NCBI GenBank assembly: GCA_040954595.2
Contig: CM082583.2
Coordinates: forward strand, 156,542 to 220,541
Direction of reading: 5' to 3'
Length of the DNA stretch: 64,000 nucleotides
DNA from: Balanoglossus misakiensis
Lineage: Eukaryota > Animalia > Hemichordata
Shown here one piece after another: positions 51,701 through 64,000 of the stretch. A model generated the notes under the pieces. The model was given only the letters and a program-made list of their open reading frames with translations, did not search any database and had not been told where the DNA came from. A program made the position numbers and the translations under genes. How positions within the stretch are numbered: position 1 is the stretch's first letter; each line of letters opens with the position of its first letter.

Positions 51701-54700
51701 TCTACTCTGATGAGCATTTGAGTCAATGAAAGTATACATCATGGCTACGGTAGTTCATATAAGTCTCTTGGTTAGCTGCACAATCACAGACAACTTTATT
51801 GAGACAATATCAATGACAAAGCCCAGCGATTTCTACTTTGTGCGGCAAATCTGACACTGGTTTGCTTACGTTCAGCGCACGTGGTTCCGATGAAACAGCG
51901 CGAACTCTGGCATCTGAACTCGGTGCAGGACACTTGCTGGCAGAATCCACTGTTTAGACAAGGGTTGGGCTGACACGGATTCAAATCTGTACACAGAAGA
52001 GAAAGTGATATAAATTGTGTACAGTTAATATTTACTACATATACTTTAAACAGATTTGTGCAGTCAGGGTTGAGTGGTAAAAATCTCAGTTGGTCAACAG
52101 AACATCACTGTGACAAATTTCTTCCATGTTCAACGAAAGAAACGTAATGAAATTTTGACACAGGTGTAATAGTGTCTTAGTGTACCATACGGTGCAGGTT
52201 GTTGTTTGGTCAAATACACAATCCCCTTTTATGGCACACACATTCTTAATAAATTTCCCCAAAATTGTGTCGTTATTCACTGTTTGATACAGGTTGGAAG
52301 AAACCAACTGCAAGCCGATTATGTGTTATGTTATTATGTTCCTCTTCATCTGAAATTTAAAATCACTCACATGTCTGACATAAATCGCCGGAGTAACAGC
52401 TTGTACAGGAGCATGTGAATTCAGTACACCAATTGGGCGTCAGCACACAGTTTCCACCATTCTGACACTGGATGGGTTGACACTGGTTGACAGCTGTGGG
52501 ATGTTCAGTCAAGATATTGTCAAAATTACAGAATCTACAAACTACACTCCACAGTCCTGTACATGTATACATGACAACAACCAAACGGCTGTTTTGAAAA
52601 ACCAAATGCTGTGAAATCCTTTAGAGTGTGACAAGAAACCACAGTTGCAACCGAAAACAAAAATAGTGATAACTTTAAGCGAGCCCAAAGTTTGAGTTAC
52701 CAGGGCTTTAATATGTGTACCGTACTTATATTATATAATACATAACAAGTGTTTTGCATTGAATTAAATAATATTGGTTTGTACTTACGCATTGTACATG
52801 TGGCACCAGTGAAGCATTTGGTACACATACAGTCAAACAGGAAACAGCCGTCTCGCGCAACGCAAATGCCACCATTTTGACAAGGCATAGAGTATAACTG
52901 ATCAATGGCTGCCAAAACAAAAATGAAAGTATCAATTACCTGCTTGTCAAAAACTTGTACATGTACTTGTGATGTTCATTTCGTTTAAATATGTGAGCAA
53001 CGTCTTCATTCCTTGTTTCAAACCTGTACATTTAAAATAACATAATGATGCTATTGCTAGGATTTTTCTGTAAGAATCTTGAAAAATTAAAAAATGTGCC
53101 ATCAACATGATACAGAAGGCTTTCCTTTTTAACGTGCACCTCACACTCAATTTTGACCCTACATCAGCAAATTTTGAAAGGATGAAACTTAGTAATGCTT
53201 CCACCCCATTTATTGGTGTATGGGTCCATCTATCACATTGAGAATACCAAAAATGAGGGTTTATATACCACGCTGTGTCATAAAACAGTAATTCGACACA
53301 CCTACGGCACAGATGGCCCCAGTCCAACACTACTGACAGTAACAGGTGTAGTCAGTATAAGAATTTGGTGTTTGGGAACAATAGCCTCCATTTTGACACG
53401 GATTCTGATCACATGGGTTAATGACTATCAGAAAAAAAATAGTTTAAAAAACATGAAATGCAGATGGCTACACCTCAACCAAAGATGATTCCTGCACCAC
53501 AACAAAATCCTTTGACACAAGCATTATACTGGAACCATACCCAGAACACGCATTAAGTATATGATGAAGGGAAAATGTCTCTATTTTGGGTAATACAGTA
53601 AAACCTGTCTTTATGGACACCTCTCTAATCAGAACACCTAGTAAGATTGATTTTTCAAGCCAAATAGTAAGGATAATTAAGGACGTCTCTTTTACTTAAT
53701 ACTCAGATGTGTGCACCACCTTAGGAGAGATTACCTCACATGCACAATTATCTCTACAGACACTAGTCTTCAAGAGGCAACTCTTGTATATTTGAGTGAT
53801 GAAAACATCCAGCTTCGTACACTTCCTCACAAGTTCGTGCCTATCCTAAATTGCACGGACATACAAATGAAATTTCTGTTTTCTTTTCTCTTGTGGAAAT
53901 TTTAGAAATGAGAAGTTACCACACAATTCAATTGCCATGAAGAGAAAGTGCCCAAAAGATTGTCATTTACAGTACGTCAGAAACTTACATATTTCACAAC
54001 AGTTACCCTCATAGCAACCAGTACAGGCACAGGTATATGCCGTGCAGGAGTTGGCCACTGCATTACATACAGCCCCGTTGAGACAGCTGTTTCGCTGGCA
54101 TGGATCTTGGACTGCAATAAAAAGTGCAACCTAATGTTATCTCAACAATATTTACTTTCAAAATCTGTTTGATAAAAACATCATCATTACCATTACTGTA
54201 AATACTGAACGGAACTTCACTTCCAAAAACAACTTGCTCATTCTGGGACGCACTTGTGGGGCTATGAAAATCTCTGTATATGTATCTTGTGTAGGGAAAA
54301 TTTTCATGAACGATCAACATTTTTTTCTTCAAATAAACATGTTTTCTTTCAGTTGTACATCATTTTTGAGGTGAACGATTCCCAAGGCCCAAGGTGTGAT
54401 GCTGAAGATGAAAATATAAAGTATGACCAACAGACAATGTATTGAGACATGATTGTAAATGTTAGTTCCTGCATGACAAATGTTTGTTTTAATGAGTTTT
54501 ACACTGGCTGCAGTGTGTGCCGGTGAAACATCCTGGACAAGTACACTCATAAGTTGTACACGACAGCTGAGTACACCGCCCATTGTTCAGGCATGGACTT
54601 GGCCTATATGGTGTTTGTTCTGTTTCAATGGCATGAAAAAAAAATAGTAGTGACATAAGTTTTTAGGGTATGACCATTTCCCTAATTCCTACAGCTGTGG

Positions 54701-56055
54701 TTCTATCGGGTTCTCCTAACTGAGCCTCCTAAATGTATAACTGAACAATAAGAATTACTTATTATACTTTTGGGAGTTTAGGACTTTGGTAATTGAAAAA
54801 AGACTTAATTCCTGAAAGTGCCTATTTGGTTTGTCACATCCTAAATATACAGGTAATTTCATAGCTGCCAGCTATGACAAATATACTGGTATGATGGGGG
54901 AAAAACGTGCCGAAGTAAGGAAGTCATTGTCCAACTGTCCTGGGTGTTAATTATATGCAAAAGAACATCATCATACAGATAATCCCCAAACCCTTTGATC
55001 TTTGCCGCAGTTGCTCGTCCTTCTTTCTCTAGGGTCTATGGCTTGACAGATGTCACCTGTGTAAGAGTTCACACACTGGCATGAATAGAAATTGCACGAT
55101 GTTTGCTGGCAAATCCACCATTCATACATGGGTTGGGATCACAGGGGTTTTGCACTGGAAATTGAGAAAGGACGCCATTTTATTCCTTGCTACTCATTCT
55201 ACAGATATGGCAAAAACCTTGCAGAATTATGGCAAGGGTGTGTGGAGTGATTGTGCCTACAACTTATATTAGGCTGGTATCAAGTTGTTCACACCTCCAT
55301 AGATCATGTTGCAGTGACTGTGAGGCAAGGGCTTCCCTTCATGAAATCAATGACTTGTGTACTGGAGGAGGGTTCCTTGCAAATGCTTGACTTGACTTCA
55401 AGCATACCTGTAGACTCATATGCAAATTTACACTATCTGGGCTGGAGTGAGAATTTCCATAGTGGATGTGTGTTGACAAAAGGCTGTAAAATTGGCCAGT
55501 CGCGCATAATGTTTCTTGAACTAAGACAATCAAGACATTATGCGCTACGAAAGTGATTTTGATTGGGAAGAGTGTAATCTTGCATTCGATGTCAAGAACG
55601 CTCCAAGCTCTGCTGTGGTGATGGCTACACCTATGCTCAGGAAACATGCAGTATTTGAATGCATCAGAGACAAAAGGTAAAAGAGACTGCGCTGTATATT
55701 TACATATCTCACACCTATCACCTTTGTAGCAACCAGTACATATGCAGGTGAGATCAAAGCAGGAATTTCGAGCCGGTTGACAGAAGCCACCATTCTGGCG
55801 CGGATTTGGTGGACACTGGTTGAGTCCTACAAGGAAAAGGGTCAAATTTTCCATGATCATCAATGTCATGTGATTATGAATGTATGTAAGTGGCTGAAAA
55901 AAATTCCCAGGGGTGAGTTTCCTACAAAAATTGTGATGTGACAAACCGACAAATTAGCATATTAGCATAATCAGAATAAATAAAAAAATGCACAGGTAGT
56001 TTAAAAGAACAAACACTTTGGAAACGGAATAGAGCTAAGCTGCTGTCCCTTTCTA

Positions 56056-56512
56056 ATTGTTACTCGTTCAAAAATCACTTGTCACATCACTCAAATTTTG
56101 TATCAGTTGCACTGGCTATCTGTTACAGAGCGTATTGTTTTTAAGATGTTAGTTCTCATTTTTAAATCCATTCATAAACTTGGTTCAATCTATCTTTCTA
56201 GCATGACTAATCTATATGTTCCGTGTCGCAATTTAAGGTCAGCTGATCAGTTCAAACTCTGCCCTGTTCGATCACGCACCAAGAGTTATGGTGATCGTGC
56301 TTTTACTGTTGCTGCTCCAATTCTTTGGAATAATCTTCCACTTACCATTCGCCAGGCACCAGACTTATCTGTTTTTAAATCAAATGTTAAAACTTTACTT
56401 TTTAAATCTGTTTTTTAGCCAGTTGTTGTATTGTACTTTTGCTTTAAGCGTCATTGATCACATTTTTTGTGGATACTGACGCTATACAAATAAATTATTA
56501 TTATTATTATTA
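56056..56512 (+). mobile_element. 5'-truncated L2-like LINE insertion private to copy 3
   Basis: LHWLSVTERIVFK...YGDRAFTVAAPILWNNLP...KTLLF; (TTA)n tail; TTTCTA flanks both sides (56050-56055, 56513-56518); empty site in copy 2 near 29500. Confidence 0.88.
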
Positions 56513-58623
56513 TTTCTATTTTTGTGTTTGTACAACATCAGTGAAGTTTAAATCATAATAAAAAAAAATGATAATTATCATTATTAACTGCTATAGATTC
56601 AAACTTACTTGTCTCACACCTGGTTCCCTAGTAACACTCTGTGCACATGCCAATGGTGGCAGTACAAGAATTTGCCTGTTGTTGGCAGGTACCTCCATTG
56701 AGACAAGGACTAGCGAAGCATGGATTAGGAACTGGAAGACAGGAATTCAAAATTTTATACAACACTTACCTATGGTAACACCAGTACACGTTCATTATTT
56801 CTCTGTTATGTTTTTATACTGGTGATTTTACTGTTTTTATTACCGATCATATGACTGACTTAAAGATGATGATGATGATGATGATGATAATGACTACACC
56901 TGCTATTATTACTACAATGTACCTCAGCACTTAGATTTTTTAATAAATGACAAAGTACTGTACTCACGTGTTTCACATGTGAAGCCCAGGTAGCAGCCAG
57001 CACATTGACATGTGACGCCTGTATAAGATCCCTGGATTGCTTGGCAAGTACCAGCATTCCGGCATGGGTTAAGGTTTGTGTTCGCACGGATTCATTGCTG
57101 CAAATGTACACAATATTTACAAAATAAAACAGTATACAACTGTAAGGATTTATAATCATCAATTGTGAATATCACACCAATCAAGGCCTTTCAATGCACC
57201 CTGATTGCTGAGAGCTGAAATACGTGAACCAACGTGTATTTGTTTTCACTACTATATCACATGACATTCTGCATCTCTTTTCCATAGTTTTGGAGTCTGC
57301 ACCCAACATTGTATTCCGGGGTAGCACTACACGGAACCCCGAAACTTTTTCGTCATCATCCTAGTACTTTTCCCAGCATGCAGTTGCCAAGAAGGCTGCA
57401 CAGGGAGTTTTTATTTTTGCACTGGTATACAATTTTTTTATTCGTCAATTTCACAGACACATGCATTGCACATCAAAATTTTGCGTCAGAAGTGAGGACA
57501 ACTTAACTAGGTACCAATGCAATGTGGTTTTAGGCGGATTTGAACTTTTCCTTTAATGTAACAGTTGTATTGACATGCGATTATCATACTGAACATGAAG
57601 CAATCTCAAAATTGCTAAAAATAAAATAATTCAGGACATTTAGATTCTACAATGGTGAAAACATATGACAAACCTCCCAAAATTCTTATTTTTGAGGCCA
57701 TTTTACAAAAATCTATGAGCCTGGCAAAATCTGAAAGAGGTGCTAGATAAAGGGTGCTTTTTCAAAACTCTAGATGGTTGACCCCCAATTTTTATTCCAT
57801 AGATTAAATGTTTAGAAGTCATAGTATCATCAGTATTAATTTTAACATGATCAGACGACCCTTTATTTCGAGGTGCGCAACACCTTAAATATGTTTTTAC
57901 GACTAAGACGACTACAAACCTGGTAGAAGGGGAGTACATGTTGTTGATGGTCCCAGAGAGTAGGTTCTTGATGTGCAGGCAAGTGGGTGATGTTGCTGCA
58001 CACTGACAGCCTGGATCGCAAGGGGTACAGGATACTTCTGTGGCTGTGTCAGCATAATAACTTGATGGACAAGGAATGGGGCTGTCTGACCCATCTGGAC
58101 AGTAGTTACCTACACCGCAATCAGCACATGTCATGTCTGTAGAATAACAGCAGCTTGTTTAGTGAGTGTTTTGCCGATATGACAGAGTTCAAGTATGCTT
58201 ATTTGGTTAAATTTTAAAAGGAATATCACCAGCTGTTTTAGAGTTAATATTGCGAAAGGGACTTCATAAGTTGTCTGAAAACACCAGTTTCCCCAATTTT
58301 CACTAATGTATAGGAATACATGAGAAGTCAGCCAGATTAGAAGTCGGCCAGTACGTGCGTATGAGAAGTCGGCCTGTACGAGAAGTCAGCCAGTTGTTGA
58401 ACTTGTACCCGAATAGTGCAGTGATGATCCAGATTACTTATAACAACACTTAATAAAATATAATTGCACTAAATATTTTCATTTGGATGGATTTCCCAAA
58501 TTCTTGACAACACAATGGCGTCATTTCAAATAATGGCGTCTGGCATCCGTACCGGTTCCCCAGCCCCGTATCCGCGTAAGGAGCTTAGGTTGTTCACCAA
58601 ATTCCTGTGACATTTCTGATTAA

Positions 58624-58969
58624 AGGGACAAAGTCTCTCCCTCGCGAACCTTTTTCCATTAATTATGTTTGATACAAGACACCGTTCACATTATTCTACA
58701 TGTGGATATATTGAGAATCTACATTCAACTACAGACAAATTCCATCCCGTTTGTAGGATATGAGTGTAAAAATCCCGCCAAAATGAATAAATGGTAAACA
58801 CCGATTATTCATTTTGGCAAGTTTTTCACTCTCGTGTCTACAAGTCGGATTGAAGTTGTGTGTGGTTGAACGTTGATTCACTATATATCCACATTTAGAA
58901 TACATAAATGGTGTCTTGTATCAAATATTATTAATGGAAAAAGGGCAGCGAGAGAGAGACTTTGTCCCT
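58624..58969. mobile_element. 346-bp palindromic TTAA MITE (Kolobok-like), private to copy 3, nested in another DNA transposon
   Basis: AGGGACAAAGTCTCTC...GAGAGACTTTGTCCCT, TTAA TSD; empty site near 30053. Confidence 0.9.
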
Positions 58970-60195
58970 TTAAAGGGAGTTGTTTCAAAGCCTACTAAAA
59001 TACATAGAAGATGTATGTGTATATTCATACTTTGAGACAACACCAAACAAACAAACGTGACGAGGAACAGACTACTGGCGTAGCGCAAGAAGTGCAGGTG
59101 ACTGATGTTGACGTACCCCGGTGACGTACATGAAAAGTGAACAGACAGTTTTAAAATTCATCGGCTATTTGTACAAATATCTCAGCTCCTGTACATCAAG
59201 GAAACATTTCGTAGTGAAACAGTTATATATAACACAAAGTACCAGGGTTCTCTCCCACAGGCCGACTTCTCGTACTGGCCGATACCGACTTCTCATACTG
59301 GTCGACTTCTCAGGACACCATGTATAGCATAGCTGTTGAACTCAAAAAATATGTAAAACTACAAGTGATGTAAACAACTTGTGGAACCATGTTCAAATCG
59401 AGACCAGAAGAAAAGAGATTTCAAGACTTACCTCCTTCAACACTTTACTGCCCTATAGCGCACTGTGTGACACTTGTAGTTGTGCATTCATAACCAGAAG
59501 GACGTGGCCGAACCTAGCGAGTATGAACCTATCACAGAAAAAATTCAAAGAACGATTGGTTTGGTCCAACGATCCCTTATTAGAGAGATGTCCGTAATCA
59601 CAGATGTTACTGTACAATACCTCTTCAGTGGAATCTTTGTGTTTTTCAAAGTGCGTCACAATATCAACTCCAATGAGCATAACAGTTTAATTTTCTGTGT
59701 ATGTCATGCTATAACACAGGGAAGTCACAAGAGTGATTTGCAGCCCAACTTACCAGTAACTGTTGAACAATCAACTACGGGTGACATGGTTGGACACTTG
59801 GATCCTGCTGGACAAGGCGTGCATGTTCCGTCGCCTTCCATAGCATATTCACCATTGCCACAGTCAAGCGGATCTTACATTGGATCTAAACACGATTGTC
59901 CGGCAGGGCACAGAAGACGGGATGTGCGTGCAGGCTCCTCACTTATTTCATCTGATTAAATAAAATGAGGTTTTTAGTGAAGTATTTGTGATACAGTGTC
60001 ATTTAAAATAACAAATTACTTGAGATGATTCACTTCATAATTCTGAGACAAGTATACAGGCATGTAGAAAATTCTTTGGAGGACATTAAACGTCATTTCT
60101 AATCAACCATTTTCTGAATATCATAAGACTCTGCGAGATCTCACATGGCTAACCGGGTCTCGCAAGATCTCGCACTGAGTTGATAATCTGTTGTA

Positions 60196-60231
<36 letters not shown>

Positions 60232-60510
60232 TAACCCCAGTCGCACTGACTTGAAAATCTGTTGTAAACACATACATGCATACACACACACACCCCTCAG
60301 TTTCATCACACAGCAAACTGAACAAGTACCACGATCTTACCATTTGTACATCTGGTACAGTTTGTTGCACCAGCCAATGACACGTAACCCTTGGTACACT
60401 TGAATTGCGATGCACTGGGATCTGTGCAGGCGTACCCTTGCTCACAAATAGTACACTGTTCAGCACCGGCTGATCTGTAAATCAAACAAAGAATTTACAC
60501 ACCAAGTTAA

Positions 60511-61243
60511 GGTGCCATTGCATGAAACCGTCGAGACTTTTTCAGAGGCCTATTTCTCATGAAAGACAACGTTAAAACCCACACAAACCATATATATTCT
60601 GGAAGCTGAGTTTTTGAACTTTTGTTTGCGTTGCAAATATTATTGATCCCCGGAAATGGTGGCGATTTTGGGTTAAAAAACCCATTTTTTGATATTATGT
60701 CATAAAATTTAAAATAGGTAAAAAAGTTGACCATGCATCATGCATCTTAATATGTCATTCAAAACTAGAGTACACGTGCAAAAAACGGTAATTCCGTTTT
60801 GCGTTATCTGCTTCCATTGAGGAGTAACAGCGTTTGAAAGTTAGATTTTTAGTAAAATTTGATCAAATTCACGGTGAGTTGTATTGAATCAGAGTTTATT
60901 CCCGCCAGGGACACTTTATCAACTAACAAAAATACCGTTTTGTTGGCTGGGTCATACAAAATCCCCAGTTAAAGTTTGAGCAAATTCGGCCAACGCAGAG
61001 CGAAGCTATTTTCGTCTGAAGTTGTCAAGAACAGCGAAAATGCAAACTGAGAAAAACGGCCATTTGCATTGTTGACACCTATTTGTTAAGCTGTGAACTC
61101 ATTCAGAAAAGTGCTATTTGGGGGTGATTGTGCACCATTTCCGCCAAGACGTATTAGTCAGGATGTGGGTCAGTATTAGGCCTACCGATTTATGTAAAAA
61201 AGTAAAATTTGGCAAAAATCACAACTTTTCATGCAATGCCACC
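60511..61243. mobile_element. 733-bp non-autonomous TTAA transposon (Kolobok-like), private to copy 3
   Basis: 17-bp TIR GGTGSCATTGCATGAAA, TTAA on both sides; empty site GTTAACC at about 14001 and 31598. Confidence 0.9.
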
Positions 61244-62599
61244 TTAACCTTTGAATACCACTGTAAAAAATTGGCGCAAATTTTAATTATTTTCATAAAT
61301 AGAGGTCTATTCAAATTTGGAAAAATTGTCATTTTTTCATTCATATATTATATCAGTAAATTTTAAATACAGAAATGGAAAATGTTCCCATCCTATTTTT
61401 CAGTTAGTAAATTACCTGACCTAATGTTATGCAAGAGGTACAGCGAGACATCCTTTGTCCAAGGCCGAACTGTAATAACCAGCCGAGCATAAAATCACAG
61501 TGTTACCATTTGGACATTGGTTACCAGCTGGGCAATCACCACATGATGTTTGTGCTGAAAATAAACAGAGATTTATAGAATCTTATAGTCACAGTCATAC
61601 CTTCAACGACGTGGGATTCTCACGCGGGTTGGGGAGACAAAAATCCCTGGCAAAAGATTGAGGACAAGAAAATGCCAAACCAGAGATATTGGTAACAGAA
61701 ACTGTATACAGTCAATGCCATATGGCAGTGTGCTGTTCTAACAACAGACAAGAATGTGACGATCATAGTCTGTGTCGGAGATTTGGAAAAGAGCAAATTC
61801 GGTGAAAAGACGGGACAAAACAAAAGTCTACTTATACGATGCACATGAAAACTGGATGAAAGCGAAGCAGTCCACTATTTGAATGCATTGGATGTAAAAT
61901 TGGCAGAATATTTGGACTGGACATAATGTTTGTACGCACAGAATTACGCACATGCACATAAGATGATCGTCCGCCTTAAGTGAAAGATTACACAGTAATG
62001 CCCAAATTTTAAGTGCTGGCTCACCCTCTATATTAGTGTAGTATCCATCTTCACACACCTCTGGCTCCGACATACCATCATATTGGCACTTATACCCAGG
62101 GCAGGACAAGGCGTACAGTCTATACTTCCATTGTTGGCAAAATATCCCTGTCCGCATTGTGTTGGTGATGAGAGGCTGGCTGTTCCACACATGAAACCCT
62201 TGGACACAGCGTGCATGCTTCAGAACATGCTGAACTGTAACTTCCAACTGCGCAGTCCTGTAGGAGTAAAGACGTCAAATATTAGGGAGGTTTAGGAGCC
62301 CTCTAGCCAGCAAACTTCATCAAGGATGTACGCGCAGAACATAAACTGGAAACACTGCGCGCCCGGTCTTTTTCCCGAAGGATTACATTGATAATCAGGG
62401 ATTATCAATGAATAATAGAAAACAAACTTCTACTATTGTCATTTTCACGAAATTTTACACATAGCTCAGTCCAGAAAATATAAATTCATTGGTCAAATAA
62501 AATATAGGGGTCACCGCGCTCTTTTTTGAGATAAATTGCGTTAAGAATTTTGCCCATAGACAAACCATTGGTGAAAAATGCTGAGTCAGCAGATTTCTT

Positions 62600-64000
62600 C
62601 TATTATCGACCAAATTCATGGCTCTGTATTTCAAAGACAAGCCCGGTGACCCTAAATTTTATTACGGATTTTCATTATACATACAAAGGAGAATAAAAAA
62701 ATCCACAATTAAAAAAAATGACAATACTTTCAATTTTACTGAACGTACATCCTTAATGTTACTTATGTAGTGGAGCACCAAAACCAAATTTTCATATCGA
62801 TTGTGTATTTTGTGATAAAAGCACCAAACTTGGCTCAGATGCGTGTTAATGTGTACTGAACAAATTCAGATAGCGAGTCACTAAATATCTGTTGAAGAGT
62901 TTCCATGGCAACCAATTTTTTTTTCAAAATGGCCGCCAATACAGATAATCACACCTGTTAAACACCAAAATAAATTCAGATTACAATATTTGAAACAAGA
63001 AACTACGGAAAGAATGGTTTGCAATAGAACTATGGTTATTAAACTACAAATGTACTTATAAGGGTAACTAAGGGATCAAAACACAGGTGCAACTTTCAAT
63101 CCCTGGTTCTCGCATTAGTATAGGTGCTCCCCCTAGTCAAACATTATGGCTAGTTGCGATATTTAACTGGAAAGGGCAGTTCACGAAATAAAAACCTGGA
63201 TGACACATAATAAACTTCAACTCAATGGTGGCAAAACCGAGGTACTCCTGATAAGGTCTCAGTTCAACCGCTCGCCTCGTCCCATAAACCACATGAGCAT
63301 TGGATCATGTTGTGTTCAAATAGTGAATTCTGCACGGAATATAGGTGTGACATTCGACGACAATTACACTTTCAATAAGCACATTAATGCAATTTACAAG
63401 TCAATTTTCTTCCATCTGCGTCAAATCAGCCACATTCGCCGTTACCTCACTAAGGAAGTTTGCCAGATGCTGGTTCATGCTCTAATCACACTACTGTAAT
63501 GCACTACTCTGTGGTTTACCATCATCATGCATGCTACAGCATGCCCTGAATTCTGCAGCCATGATCGTTTCTCGTACCCGTAAAAGGGATCATATTACTC
63601 CTGTTCTCATGGATTTACATTGGTTGCCTGTACACTATAGAATCCAATACAAGATCTTGCTTATGACATATAAGGCATTAAACAACACAGCACCAGCTTA
63701 CATCTCTGACTTAATCCATCTGAAAACTTCAACAAGACTTCTTCGTTCAAATGACAAATTTCTACTTCATGTACCATGGAGTAAGAAGAAAATGTACGTC
63801 GATCGTGCTTTTTCGTATATCGCCCCACTCATTTGGAACAGTGTCCCAATAGAAGTATGCCAGTCACCTAGCCTTGACAGTTTCAAGAAACACATCAAGA
63901 CTTATCTGTTTAACAGAGCGTATTAACAGTAACTTTACATTGTAAAGCGCTATTGAACACTATTACAGTGGAGTTTGGTGCTCTATAAGTCTTTTTGATT
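62600..64000. repeat. Start of a fourth, structurally different copy
   Basis: Matches 1-570, jumps to the equivalent of 2240, then continues into a LINE 3' end that copies 1-3 lack. Confidence 0.9.
63169..63990 (+). mobile_element. 3' part of the same LINE including the ORF2 C-terminus
   Basis: [10 protein letters not shown]..., then HITPVLMDLHWLPVHYRIQYKILL, RLLRS, DRAFSYIAPLIWNSVP, FKKHIKTYLF; stop at 63926. Confidence 0.9.

Larger units (their letters stand above)
51299..62257 (-). pseudogene. Disabled Cys-rich/EGF exon cluster, copy 3
   Basis: Same exons plus 57920-58136 (CADCGVGNYCPDG...CTPCDPG), 56968-57097 (frameshifted EGF) and 56609-56731 (EGF with TAG); lacks the 10549-10671 equivalent. 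Confidence 0.85.
33494..62599. repeat. Tandem segmental repeat, copy 3 (contains the LTR element and private indels)
   Basis: Collinear with copies 1 and 2 apart from TE insertions and deletions. Confidence 0.95.

Overview
Eukaryotic, AT-rich, repeat-rich animal DNA. A marine invertebrate is my guess from the TE families and EGF exons; the sequence does not prove it. The window is a tandem array of a ~16-18 kb unit: copy 1 = 1-15896, copy 2 = 15897-33493, copy 3 = 33494-62599, and a partial copy 4 from 62600. Each full unit holds a decayed L2/CR1-group LINE, the 5' part of a Mag-like Gypsy element, several non-autonomous DNA transposons, and a minus-strand cluster of disabled exons encoding CxxCPxG Cys-rich repeats and unusual 8-Cys EGF-like modules. 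Copy 3 carries a very young, full-length 10,916-bp Ty3/Gypsy LTR retrotransposon (35239-46154, minus strand; LTRs 294/295 identical, GCAC TSD, tRNA-Ser-type PBS, PPT). Its cargo is the standout. Gag starts with a ComEA-like helix-hairpin-helix motif. Pol is reached by a -1 frameshift signal (C CCA AAC plus a predicted pseudoknot) and ends in a PHD finger after integrase. In the env position, behind a strong splice acceptor, lies an ORF with a C2H2-like finger, followed in frame across one TAG by a complete TatD nuclease domain. All domain calls are by eye from motifs; no database search was run.
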